Assembly: GCF_001194135.2 (NCBI RefSeq)
Contig: NC_068998.1
Coordinates: 20,567,716-20,631,715 of the forward strand
DNA: 64,000 bases
DNA from: Octopus bimaculoides
Taxonomy: Eukaryota
Reading direction: 5' to 3'
The translations under genes were made by a program, and so were the position numbers. The notes beneath the pieces are model-generated. The model did not search any database. It worked only from the letters and a program-made list of their open reading frames with translations, and had not been told where the DNA came from. The stretch's first letter is position 1. Each line of letters starts with the position of its first letter. Of the stretch, positions 37,427 through 49,271 are shown piece after piece.

Positions 37427-38703
37427 TCAGGTCATCCCATAAATTCTGTCCGATTTTACCTTTTTTAAAATTGAATGAAATTTAATAGTGTTTTAGAATG
37501 TCTAATGGAATTAAAAATCATTTTTATGCATTTATGTACATTTAAACTAATTATTTTACAGAATAATAGAATTAAAATTTCTTTGATTAAAACCCTTTCT
37601 AACATGGAAGTATCCAAAGAGCAGTTAAGGCACAGAATGCTTTATGAGTACAAAAAAAGGAAACTCTGCAGCCGAAGCGACTCGAAACATACACTTATTT
37701 AATGAGGAAGAATGCTTGAATGAAAGAACACGCAGAAGATGTTTTGCAACATTCAGAAGTGGAGATTTCAGCCTTGAAGATGAAGATTGAACAGGACATC
37801 CAGTTGAGTTTGATGATAAGCTTCTTGAGGCATTACTTGAAGAAAATCCTGCATTATCAGTTGAAGAATTAGCAATAAAACATAGTTAAAACCATACAAC
37901 TGTTCATCATCTTCAACAAGTTGGAAAGGTTCCTAAACTTGGAAAATGGGTGTTTCATGAATTGTCCGAAAGCAACCGCAAATGCTGAGTTAACATCTGC
38001 TCTTCTCTCCATTCTCGCGAACTCATTTCACCCTTTTTGGATAGACTTGTGACTGGTAACGAAAAATGGATCTTCTATCGAAATGTTAAATGTCATAAAC
38101 AGTGGCTTGGTAAAAGGGAAAAAGCTCAACCACAACCGAGAAGGGAACTTCATGGAAGAAAGGTTCTTCTCTCTATCTAGTGGGATTGCAAAGGAGTAAT
38201 TCACTTTGAATTGTTACTTAATGCAACAATCAATGCTCAAGTCTACTGTCAGCGATTAGAGCATTTGAACCAAGCTTTGAAGAAAAAATGACTCGTTTTA
38301 GTGAATCAAAAAGGAGAGATGTTTCATCAGGACGATGCGTGACCCCACACTACAAAGATTACATCACAGAAGATCGAAGAGCTTGGTTGGGAAAAGATTC
38401 CTCATCCACCTTATTCTCCCGACCTTGCTCCTTCAGACTACGATATGTTTCGTAATTTACAGAATCATTTGGGGGGACATAACTTTCGCAAGCCAGGAGG
38501 AGGTCAAAACTGACATTTCAGTGTTCTTCGCTTTGAAACCAAAAGAGTTTTACATTGATGGGATTAAAAAGCTTGTAAATAGATGGAAGGAAGTCATGGA
38601 TAATCAGGGAAAGTACATTGATGATTAAGTTTCAATTAAATATAACATTTGATCACTTGTTTTCTTTATTCAAAATTCGGACAGAACTTATGGGATGACC
38701 TGA
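37427..38703 (+). mobile_element. full-length mariner transposon (1277 bp) inserted in (TA)n
   Basis: TIR TCAGGTCATCCCATAA(A/G)TTCTGTCCGA at both ends, flanked by TA repeats. Confidence 0.92.
37604..38628 (+). pseudogene. mariner D,D34D transposase pseudogene
   Basis: MEVSKEQLRHRMLYEYKK, WVFHEL, VTGNEKW (first D changed to N), HQDDA, HPPYSPDLAPSDY, GKYIDD*; several stops and frameshifts. Confidence 0.9.
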
Positions 38704-39370
38704 TATATATATATCAGAAATAGATAATAAATACTGTTATGTACTTTTGCTCCTAACTTGGAGTTAANNNNNNNNNNNNNNNNNNNNNNNNNNNNNNNNN
38801 NNNNNNNNNNNNNNNNNNNNNNNNNNNNNNNNNNNNNNNNNNNNNNNNNNNNNNNNNNNNNNNNNNNNNNNNNNNNNNNNNNNNNNNNNNNNNNNNNNNN
38901 NNNNNNNNNNNNNNNNNNNNNNNNNNNNNNNNNNNNNNNNNNNNNNNNNNNNNNNNNNNNNNNNNNNNNNNNNNNNNNNNNNNNNNNNNNNNNNNNNNNN
39001 NNNNNNNNNNNNNNNNNNNNNNNNNNNNNNNATATATACCGATGCACACATACACACACGCACATACCTACATATGTCTGTATGTATTTATGTTTACAGT
39101 CCGAAGACCAGTGTAGTCTAAGTTAGTGTTCTTATGTCCTGTAGCAGCATAGTGATAAAGAGAGATGAATAAAATAAGTGTCACATTGAAATGATGAGTA
39201 CTGAGGAGGTTAATTTCATCAATAAAATGCATGAAAATGATGCCCCACCAAGGCTATAATCCATTAACAGAAATCAGTAAAAGATATAATTAATAGACAT
39301 GAACATAACAAAACACTATTTAGTGAAAAATTAGTTACCTGATGTAAAGCACTGTTAATCAGAAATTTAC

Positions 39371-39425
39371 CTTGTAACTCTGTGGACTTTCATGTTGTGT
39401 TCATTGGAGTAGAGAAATATATGAT
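39371..39425 (-). other. candidate 55-nt exon
   Basis: Acceptor TTTTTCTTATTTTGCCATTCAG| and donor AAG|GTAAAT; unique sequence; only one frame is open through the exon. Confidence 0.35.
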
Positions 39426-39855
39426 CTGAATGGCAAAATAAGAAAAACGTAAACAGATTGTATTTCAAACGTTTTTTCTTTCTTTCTTTTCAAGAAAAAA
39501 GAGGGTATATCTAGAATGTCTTATCTCATGTTTCAGTTCGTTATGCTTGACAATTCCAGGTCAAAACAATTCCATATTATTTTGTTAGTCTTTATACTTT
39601 ACAATGAGAGTTAAGATTGAATTGACTTATTATTTGGGGCAGGTCGTGCAACCCACGTAAATTCCCTCTTAATAGTTTGAAGGTATCTTAGTCTATACCA
39701 GACACTGTACACCTCTGTTTCATCTAGCATCCTGCCCACTTCTTTTAACAAGCAAGTTTGAGCAATTTTTTGTTTATCTGCTGGTTACAGCAAAAATGAC
39801 AATGAAGTGGAATAAGTTTAACCCTTTCTGCATTCAGATTATTCTGTTAAATATA

Positions 39856-40685
39856 TCATCATCATCATCATCATCATCATCATCGTTTAATGACCACTTT
39901 CCTTGCTAGCATGGGTCAAATGGTTTGACTGAGGACTGGTGAACCAGATGGCTGCACCAGACTCCAATCTAATCTGGCAAGGTTTCTACACCTGGATGTC
40001 CTTCCTAATGTCAACAATTCTGAGAGTATAGTGGGTGCTTTTTTACATGCCACCAGCATGGGGGCCATTTTGGCGGCACTGGCATCAATCACGCTCGAAT
40101 GGTGCTTTTGACATGCCATTGGCACTGGTATCGACCACGCTCGAATGGTACTTTTTATATGCCACTGGCACGGGTGCCAGTCAGGCGGCACTGGCATTGG
40201 CCACGACAATGACTTCACTTGACTCAACAGGTCTTCTCAAGCACAGCAAATTGCCCGACAATTGAAGGGTACTTTTAAACAGGCTGGTTATGCGANNNNN
40301 NNNNNTTCTCAAGCACAGCAAATTGCCCGACAATTGAAGGGTACTTTTAAACAGGCTGGTTATGCGACACTGGCATCGGCCACAGCTACGATCTCACTTG
40401 GCTTGTCGGGTGATCTCAAGGGCAGCATATCGCCAAAGGTCTCAGTCACTTGTCATTGCCTCTGTGTGGCCCAACGTTCAAAGGTCGTGCTTTACCACCT
40501 CATCCCAGGTCTTCCTGGGTCTGCCCCTTCCACATGTTCCCTCCACTGTTAGGTTGTGACACCTCTTCACACAGCTGTTCTCATCCATACACATCACATG
40601 ACCATACTAGTGCAGTCACCTCTCTTGCACAACACATCTGATGCTTCTTAGGTCCAACTTTTCTATCAGGGCACTTACACTCTGT
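39856..40685 (-). mobile_element. RTE LINE 3' end
   Basis: (CAT)n tail, tandem units, and RLRW..GRGRPRKTWDEVVKHDL coding remnant; 10-N gap inside. Confidence 0.85.
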
Positions 40686-40739
40686 CAGAGGAAGAGAGAA
40701 AGAGAGAGAGTGAGAGAGAAACAGAGAAAGAGGGATATG

Positions 40740-41049
40740 AAATTAATGTGCATGTGGCTGAGCACTCCACAGACACGTGTACCCTTAACATAGTTCTTGG
40801 GGAGATTCAACATGACACAGAGTGTGACAAGGCTGGCCTTTTGAAATACAGGTACAACAGAAACAGGAAGAAAAAGTGAAAGTTGTGGTGAAAGAGTACA
40901 GCAGGATTTGCCACCACTCCCTGCTGGAGCCTTGTGGAGCTTTTAGGTGTTTTCACTCAATAAACACTCACAACACCTGGCCTGAGAATCAAAACTGCAA
41001 ATCTATGACTGCGAGTCCGTTGCCCTAACCACTTGGCCATTGTGCCTCC
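40740..41049 (-). mobile_element. SINE family B with tRNA-Arg(TCG)-like head
   Basis: Head TGGCCAAGTGGTTAGGGCAACGGACTCGCAGTCATAGATTTGCAGTTTTGA resembles tRNA-Arg(TCG); body matches 6604-6963. Confidence 0.75.
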
Positions 41050-42202
41050 ATACATACCCACATACATACACCCATACACACAATATAAATAAAATACACA
41101 TATATATATATGCATATATACATACATAAATGTACATACATATATATGTATATATATGCAAACATGGGTACTGGACGTCACAAAATGTAAACAACATGAA
41201 ATACGAAAACAACATGGAATACGAAGATAAACATGGGTATGCAAACGAGAGAAACAAATGGAAAACAAGACAAACAACACAAAGAACGACCCTTCATCAG
41301 TTGTCAGCTGTCCATCTACTCCTCATTTCAAGCATTTAATGACAATATGAGGCTTCTTCCTGTTTCTGTTGTACCTGTATTTCGGTTGCTCCCGTGAACC
41401 AAAATAAAATTTAGGATTTGCAGAGGGTTAAAGTTAGTAACAAGAACAGGACAGTGGCGACATACAACAAACCTAACTAAAACAAACATGAAGAGTCGTT
41501 GGGCCAGATTGTTGATTATCAGCAGAAATTATCGAGTGGCTCAAATACTACAACTTCTCAATCAAGGTGCCATATAAAAAGCATCCAGTACGCTCTGTGA
41601 AGTGGTTGGCTTTAAGAAGGGTATCCAGCTGTAGAAACCATGCCAAAACAGACAACTGGAAGCTGAGCTGCTCCACAGTTGTCTAGTTCCTGTCAAACTG
41701 TATGGAAAGCGGATGTTAAATGATGATGATGATGAGGATGATGACGACGACGATGATAATGTATGTACACACAAACATGTGTATGTATCTGTCTGTGTGT
41801 GCATATGTGTACGTGTGCATGCATATGTATGTGTACATTTATATATGTAGCAGTGCATGAATGTATGTAGCTTTTGTGAAAGTGTATTAGTATGTGTGGG
41901 TGTACATACATACGTACGTACGTATGTATGTATGTATGTGTGTGTATGTATGTATGTATGTATGTATGTATGTATGTATGTATGTATGTACTTAGAGTAA
42001 AGATTTCTTATCAGTTACGAGTTCTGGGAGGAGTGGTGTGCAACATAATCGTTAAATTTATACTTGTTAGTAATCAAGCTATGTTAGTAATCAAAATATG
42101 TAAGTGTGTGTGTACATGTATATGTATGTATATGTATGCATATTAGCGACAGCAGTTCCCCATTGCTGGACTGTGTCATCATCTACCTTATGTATGTATG
42201 TC

Positions 42203-42603
42203 ATTATTCAGTTTATTTCAAGATTTCTTGCCAACAGAGAAAGAGCCGTTTTCTAAACTAGATCCAAGGTTCCTTCATTGGAATTTCAGCAACATCAACA
42301 GGGTGGGTGGGTATATATGTATGTATATATGTATGTATGTATGTACGTATGTATGTATGTATTTATGTGTGCAGATTTGTATGCTTTGTTTTATGTATGT
42401 ATTCTTATGCATACAGTTGCATATCTAGACATACTTACATATATTTAAATGATAAACTTCTAGAAAGTTTTACAGATTTTTACAATTCCAGTGATGGTTT
42501 GGATCTGTAGTCTTCGAATTAGCAGTCTCCTTCCTGGTTTTGAGAAGCCTAATTTCTCAAGATTGGTATTTAGGCAGTGTATTACATATTCCAGGGCACC
42601 AAA
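42203..42603 (-). mobile_element. 3' fragment of an R4/Dong-like non-LTR retrotransposon within (TATG)n
   Basis: 42445-42603 translates to FGALEYVIHCLNTNLEKLGFSKPGRRLLIRRLQIQTITGIVKICKTF*KFII*, an R4/Dong-type C-terminus; TATG repeats on both sides. Confidence 0.65.
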
Positions 42604-42845
42604 TGTATGTATGTATGTATGTATGTATGTATTGGAGAATGTTGGAGAATGAATGAATAAATAAATGATGGAAAATTTTATGAAAAGGAAAAAATTAACA
42701 TGTGTGTAAATCCACTAATTGCCAGCAAAGCAAAGCCCAACTTTTCTTTTTTCCCACAGGTACTGACACAGTCAGACCATAATGTACCATCAAGCAAACA
42801 TCTTTACCACTGAAATCACATCCACTTTTCCTGTAAAATCCAAAA

Positions 42846-44825
42846 CTTTAGGGTGGCAACCATAAGCATAGGCATGATAAAAGGTAGCCTCTGTCGAGAT
42901 TGTGGAGATGTTGGAGTGGAGCTGAGTAGATGTGTGCTAGGTGCAAGAAGTAAGATGGAAGGAATCCTCAACCAAACTCTGCATAGGCAAGAGGCAGCAA
43001 TAAAAATTCATCTCAGTATGTAATAGGGGTAGCAGAGATGGAGTAAGCATATTGTTAGCTGAAAAGAGGATTAAGTAATTGAGGTAATCACGGAGTGTGA
43101 TAAGATAATTAAGTTGGGACTAATTATGGGTAACTCAATAGCAGCCTTTATCTTGGTATATACCTCACAGGCAGGGCTACCAGAAGAATAGAGGGACTGT
43201 TTCTGTGAGACTTTTCTGCAGACTTCCTCAATGATGACAAACAGTGACCTCATTGTGATTTCAACTGATGTATTTGCTAACATGTTGATGGCTTCTACAA
43301 CATACACAGAATGTATGGTTATGGTTCAAAAAATGAGGATTGTGTAGGCTTCTGGAGTTCTGTGAAACAATTCGTCTAACAATTTGTAACACACACTTTA
43401 GAAAACCAGTCAACCATTTCATCTGCTACCAACATACATTAGAAATTGATATTGATCTTAGTCATAAAAGCTGAGAAGCATTGTGAACATACATGTTGGA
43501 TAAATTACATTCTTATCAAGAAATGGAACAGGAGGTCTATTGTAAATATCAAAACCTTTCCTTGTGAAGACTACATCATACAATATAGATTAGTGGCTAG
43601 TGACTTCAGAGTCAGAGCTAGGTAGACTTAGAAATTAAAGACTACTTTGAGAAGGAAGATAGGGAAACTAAATGAATCAGCAATTGGGAATAGATTTACG
43701 GAAATTCTATTTGACTCATATGACTGTAGGGAGGTAGAATTAGGTTTCTGCGGTAGAGATGAAAACTGAAGATTTTAGTGAAATAACCAGCTTTAAGCTA
43801 CATATCAGACATGTGGATGGTGTAAAGTTCCAGCTAAACTAAAAATAACATGGTGTTGGAATGAGAAGGTTGAATTAGCAGTGAAGGCTAAGAAACAGGC
43901 TTAGAAAATTTAGAAGGAAGGTACTAGTAGGAAGCTTTACTAAATGGCTAGAAAGGCAGCTAGGTGATAGGTATATCTGGCTAAAGGTAAGGCAGAAAAG
44001 AAGAAATGTATGCATGTCCTGCAATGTGAGGGTCAGAGGTGTGAAGTATTCACAATTGTGAAACAATATATGAGAGAGAACAAAGATGTCATTGAGGATA
44101 AGTGTATTCAGAATGATGAAGAGATACTCACCATCGATATGAAAGAAAAGAAATTGGTGTGGAAGTGCTATTGTGAGACAATGTTGAATGTGGAGAATGC
44201 ATAGGATAAAGAGGGGTTACCTCATGCTGATTCTGCAGAAGGACCAGCAATTCAAGTTGACTGGAGCATGGTAGATAAGGCCATCAAGAACACGAAGAAA
44301 GGGAAAGCTGCAGGTTCCATCAGGAATAGTTGCAGAGATACTCGACACATCCAGTGAGGTACAATACAGGAAGACCTTCTGGATAGTTAATCGAGTCATA
44401 CAAGAAGGAATCATACCCAATGACTGGCAAAACAGTGTCATTGTAAATTGCTACAAAGCAAGCAAGAGGGATCAAGCCATTGGATTAGATTACAGAGGTC
44501 AAAGAAAGAGTCATAGCACAATTGATGTGTAATAGAGCAGACCTAGATGAGAGGCAGTTTCACATTGTCCCTGAAAAGGCAACACAGATATAATCTTCCT
44601 AGTGAGAAACAGCTGGAGAAATATGTGGTTGAGAGTAAACCATCATTCTTGGCTTTGATTGATCTGGAGAGAGTGTCATGCTCAGTAACTTGGTGGTCAC
44701 TGAGGAAACTGAGTATAGACAAATGGCAATGTAAGGGCTGTACAAGCTATATACAAAATGTGTAAAGTGAAAGTCAACAACAATTTCAATGATGAATTTA
44801 GTGTGAAAGTAGGAGTTCATCATGA
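42846..44825 (+). mobile_element. decayed RTE LINE 5' part (APE endonuclease plus RT N-terminus)
   Basis: LRVATI..EIVEML...C.VQEVRW.G, GV.ILLAEK, IVNCYK, LIDLE, ending at EFSVKVGVH; numerous stops. Confidence 0.8.
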
Positions 44826-44926
44826 CTCAGACTGTATTTCCTCATAACATATAGAGAAATGGGTGTCTTTTAAGGTACACACTGATTTAGAAAATGTGAC
44901 GTCGTCGTTGTCGTGGTGGTATAGAA

Positions 44927-45269
44927 CAGGGGTTTTCAAAGTGTGGTCCGCAGACCACAGGGGGTCCACAAGGACAAGACAGGGGGTCCGTGGACAGCAA
45001 ATACTTTTTATGGGCAATTTGATTTTATATATGTTTTTTTAATCGAAATCTTTTAATTGACAATAAACCTATTTGTTAAATACTGTTAAATAAATAACAG
45101 TATTTAACAAATAGGTTTATTGTCAATTAAAAGATTTCGATTAAAAAAACATATATAAAATCAAATTGCCCATAAAAAGTATTTGCTGTAAAAATATATG
45201 TTATTTTAAGCAAATATTTATGTATAAATTTCATAAGCATTTATAAGGGGGTCCCTAAGGTAAAGCCTG
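44927..45269 (+). mobile_element. hAT-Charlie-like MITE containing a perfect 95-bp inverted duplication
   Basis: Starts CAGGGGTTTTCAAAGTGTGGTCC; perfect 8-bp TSD GTATAGAA at 44919-44926 and 45270-45277. Confidence 0.8.
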
Positions 45270-45499
45270 GTATAGAATGTTCCTTATGATAGTTGACTTA
45301 TAGAAAGATTATGATATTAAATTTTTGTAATGCAAATACGTAAATGAAACTAATGTTTACTTGGTAGTGGAAAGATTACTGAATCTTTTGATACCCCGTA
45401 CGTCAAAATCTGCGACTCAGTTTTCGAATGCAGATGGAACATATGTGCACACACACAAACACACACACACACACACAAACTCCCTTTTATATATATAGA

Positions 45500-45530
<31 letters not shown>

Positions 45531-46338
45531 TTAAATACCCACAACTTAGCAGTTCAGCAAAAGAGAATTTACAGAATAAATACCAGGCTTTAAAAAAAAG
45601 TACCTGGGTCGATTCATTTGACTAAAAATACTCCAAGATGGTGCTGCAGCATGGTTGCAGTCTAATGAATGAAACAAATAAAAGATAAAAGACATATAAA
45701 AAATTGTTTATATGAGAACAAATGGAAGTGAAAAAACTTTTAGGACTTACAAAGGCAAAATAAATTTTCATGTTTGGAATAAGTAACAAGAGAACTATAA
45801 ATGTTATGTAACCCAATAAACAAAAGTTTAGGTAAGTTTTTGTGTCACGTGCATGCACATGTGTGTGTGTGTATGCATGAATGGTTTTGAGTGAGTGAGA
45901 GCATGTAATTTTACCAGCAATATCCATTTCCATATCCTCTACACTTGCCCATTCCTCCTCTTCCTCCTGCTACTCATCTAGTTTTCATTTGATCATTGCT
46001 AGTTAGGTCAACTTGGAAGAGACAGCACAAAACAAAACAGCTTAAGTATGAATATCTGGTATATACACATATCAAATTTCTGAAATACTGATTTCTATAA
46101 GATTTCCATGATCCCTGTCTGATTTGCTTCACTCAATTGCATTATCTGTCTATTACAATGTGGTTGTTATGTGGTCTCAAGTCAGCTGTGTCGTCAAGTA
46201 TACATATGACATGCAAGTAATCAATGGAATGACTAAATGGGACCCAGGTTTTATTATTGTTCCAGACACATCATGTCTCTTGGTGAGTGCAACTGAAAAA
46301 AAAATTAAATTAAAATCACCACTTGTGTATCATATTAA

Positions 46339-46554
46339 TCCTTTAGCATCAGAATACTCTGTCAAATGTACTGGTTGTTAATTCACATTGTTTTGAATTA
46401 ATTATTCATTATCTTTTAGCTTTGAGATTTCAATAAAAGTGATTGTTAACTTTTAGTATGATATTGTAGGGTGTGAGAAGGCAGATTTGGCCGGTTTGAA
46501 GCAGAAACAAATAGAATATTTTGGCTGGATATAACTGGCTTAAATGCCAAAGGG
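46339..46554. mobile_element. piggyBac-like MITE
   Basis: TTAA|TCCTTTAGCAT ... ATGCCAAAGGG|ATAA; degenerate TTAA TSD. Confidence 0.55.
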
Positions 46555-46654
46555 ATAAATGCATATACATGATCGAAGAGCATTATACTTTATATTTTTA
46601 ATATGACGGGTTCCACACAATTTCTCTCCTGACTGAAAGAGTAAAAAAATTCCA

Positions 46655-46822
46655 GCAGGAGTGGCTGTGTGGTAAGTAACTTGCTTACCAACCACATGGT
46701 TCCGGGTTCAGTCCCACTGCGTGGCACCTTGGGCAAGTGTCTTCTACTATAGCCTCAGGCCGACCAAAGCCTTGTGAGTGGATTTGGTAGACAGAAACTG
46801 AAAGAAGCCCGTCGTATATATG

Positions 46823-46855
<33 letters not shown>

Positions 46856-46988
46856 TTGTGTGTCTGTGTTTGTCCCCCCACCATCGCTTGACAACCGATG
46901 CTGGTGTGTTTACGTCCCCGTAACTTAGCGGTTCGGCAAAAAGAGACTGATAGAATAAGTACTGGGCTAACAAAGAATAAGTCCTGGA
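46655..46988 (+). mobile_element. SINE family A, young-looking copy (runs into the gap)
   Basis: GCAGGAGTGGCTGTGTGGTAAG...GGTTCAGTCCCACTGCG with internal (TA)n(TG)n. Confidence 0.85.
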
Positions 46989-47242
46989 NNNNNNNNNNNN
47001 NNNNNNNNNNNNNNNNNNNNNNNNNNNNNNNNNNNNNNNNNNNNNNNNNNNNNNNNNNNNNNNNNNNNNNNNNNNNNNNNNNNNNNNNNNNNNNNNNNNN
47101 NNNNNNNNNNNNNNNNNNNNNNNNNNNNNNNNNNNNNNNNNNNNNNNNNNNNNNNNNNNNNNNNNNNNNNNNNNNNNNNNNNNNNNNNNNNNNNNNNNNN
47201 NNNNNNNNNNNNNNNNNNNATACCATCATAACAGTTTATAGG

Positions 47243-47573
47243 AATTTTTGTGCCAGTGGCATGTGAAAAGACATTCGAGCGAGGTCGTTGCCAGTGCCAC
47301 TGGACTAGCTCCTGTACAGGTGGCACATAAAATACACCATTTTGAGCATGGCCGCTGCCAGTACCGCCTGACTGGCCTTCGTGCCGGTGGCACATAAAAG
47401 CATCCGCTACACTCTCGGAGTGGTTGGCGTTAGGAAGGGCATCCAGCTGTAGAAACTCTGCCAAAGCAGATTGGAGCCTGGTGTAGCCATCTGGTTCACC
47501 AGTCCTCAGTCAAATCATCCAACCCATGCTAGCATGGAAAGCAGGTGTTAAACGATGATGATGATGATGATGC
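47243..47573 (+). mobile_element. RTE LINE 3' tail
   Basis: About 2.5 tandem units plus GGAAGGGCATCCAGCTGTAGAAAC...GTTAAAC(GAT)n. Confidence 0.85.
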
Positions 47574-47858
47574 ATCCTTGTTTTAGAATAGGTTAACTGT
47601 ATCCCTGGATATCATATGGAGTGACTGAAGGAAATGGTAAAAAGTAAGGACTTCACACAGTAAAATACCAACTCAAAAAAGGGAGCCATGACAATTCTGA
47701 TTTAAAATGGAACAGACTGTCATAGAACCTGCAAAGCTACCTTCTGCTTTATCAAGGAATATGGTCTTTAAAAAATTGCTGTTCTCATTATAATTTATAA
47801 GAATTTACTTCATATTCAAATTTTCAAACTAAAGTCACAAAGGTTAATTATTACATTA

Positions 47859-48547
47859 TGTAACACGATTTTTGAACTTGGGTAGCAGTTGTTATTTCCT
47901 ATTTCTTACCCTATAAAGTATGGAAAAAGGCTAATATTTCCTCAAACTTTGCTTTTGTTCCAATATCTATTCAAACCTCAAAGAATCCCACTGAACACAT
48001 GAATATGATGCTCCCCCACTCCTCCTGCTCATGATCAGAGATGCACATATTGTCAGCCATAAAGGGACATGCTCAAGTGATTATGGTCAAGCAACTTACA
48101 AGAAAATCTGTGGTATTGAACAGAATATTTGCTATAACAATATTTCTGATTCAGAGGCGGCGAGCTGGCAGAATCGTTAGCATGCCAGGCAAAATGCTTA
48201 GTGGTATTTCGTCGGTTGCTACGTTCTGAGTTCAAATTCCACCGAGGTCGACTTCGCCTTTCATCCTTTCGGGGTCATTTAAATAAGTACCAGTTATGTA
48301 CTGAGGTCGATGTAATCGACTCTGTCCCTTTGTTTGTCCCTTCTATGTTTTAACCCTTTGTGGGCAATAAAGAATTAAATATTTCTGATTCAACAACACA
48401 GTACTGAGTCTGTTTGAAATCTAATGGAAAATAAGTCAATTTCAAAAGCATTATTTGAAGGGAATAGAAATCATTTCCTTTGATTTCTAAATAGAAGCAA
48501 ATACAAAAGAGCAAAGACAAAAAGATAAAAATAAAAATTCTGTTACA
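47859..48547. mobile_element. second copy of the solo LTR-like element, interrupted by a SINE
   Basis: TGTAACACG...TGTTACA termini; colinear with 27443-27880. Confidence 0.65.
48153..48377 (+). mobile_element. SINE family C with 14-bp TSD
   Basis: TSD AATATTTCTGATTC at 48139-48152 and 48378-48391. Confidence 0.9.
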
Positions 48548-48608
48548 CAAGGATAAACATGCTGCACCCAAAAATGTGAAATAAAGGGAAGGTAATAATG
48601 ATACTTAC

Positions 48609-48689
48609 CTATTTGATAGTAGTATCCAGACTGGCTTTCAGTGGATTATTATTCAACAGTTTATGCACACTATCAGGTCCGACAAGTTT
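48609..48689 (-). other. candidate exon ending in TAG exactly at a consensus donor
   Basis: Donor AG|GTAAGTAT; acceptor TTCTAAC..TTTTTGTAAG|. Phase-0 frame KLVGPDSVHKLLNNNPLKASLDTTIK*. Alternative acceptor gives an exon start at 48730. Confidence 0.3.
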
Positions 48690-49079
48690 CTTACAAAAAT
48701 TCAAGTTAGAATTTGTCAGTGAATTCATACCTTATAATATGACTTGTCAAAAATGAATCACATTGTCAGTAAATGTTATCATAAAAAAACACCCGAAGAA
48801 GAATAAAGGAATTCCTTCTGCTTGCAGCTTTTGGCTTATTTCACACATTCCACATCTATCATAACTATTGTCATTTGCAGATGTTGCTCATAACTCAATG
48901 TAATATACTTTCATGTCAAACCAGTTCCTACAACCATCTCCAAAGATGAAATATCTAATGTATTGCTGTAGAAATTGAACTCGGGAATTCAGGTTTCAAT
49001 CCTGCTATGCATTTAGTAGAAAAGAGATCATTGATAGACTTTAAATAACTAACAGTACAGGCTGGATTTCTTAAATCTA

Positions 49080-49271
49080 CAGGGTGTCCACAAAGTCTGG
49101 CTACATGGAGTAAATAAAATCATAACATAAACAATTAAATATAAGAAATAATAATTTCTTAAAGTATGTGTTAATCCCCATGTGGGTACATGGAGTAAAT
49201 AAAATCATAACATAAACAACTAAATATAAGAAATAATAATCCCCATGTACCCAGACTTTGTGGACACCCTG
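49080..49271. mobile_element. Tc1/mariner-type MITE with internal duplication
   Basis: TA|CAGGGTGTCCACAAAGTCTGG ... CCAGACTTTGTGGACACCCTG|TA. Confidence 0.85.

Noticed and set aside
40980-41049. SINE heads as tRNA genes (also at 56, 6963, 12293, 46655, 56553)
   Set aside because: No complete acceptor stem or terminator; each continues into a SINE body.
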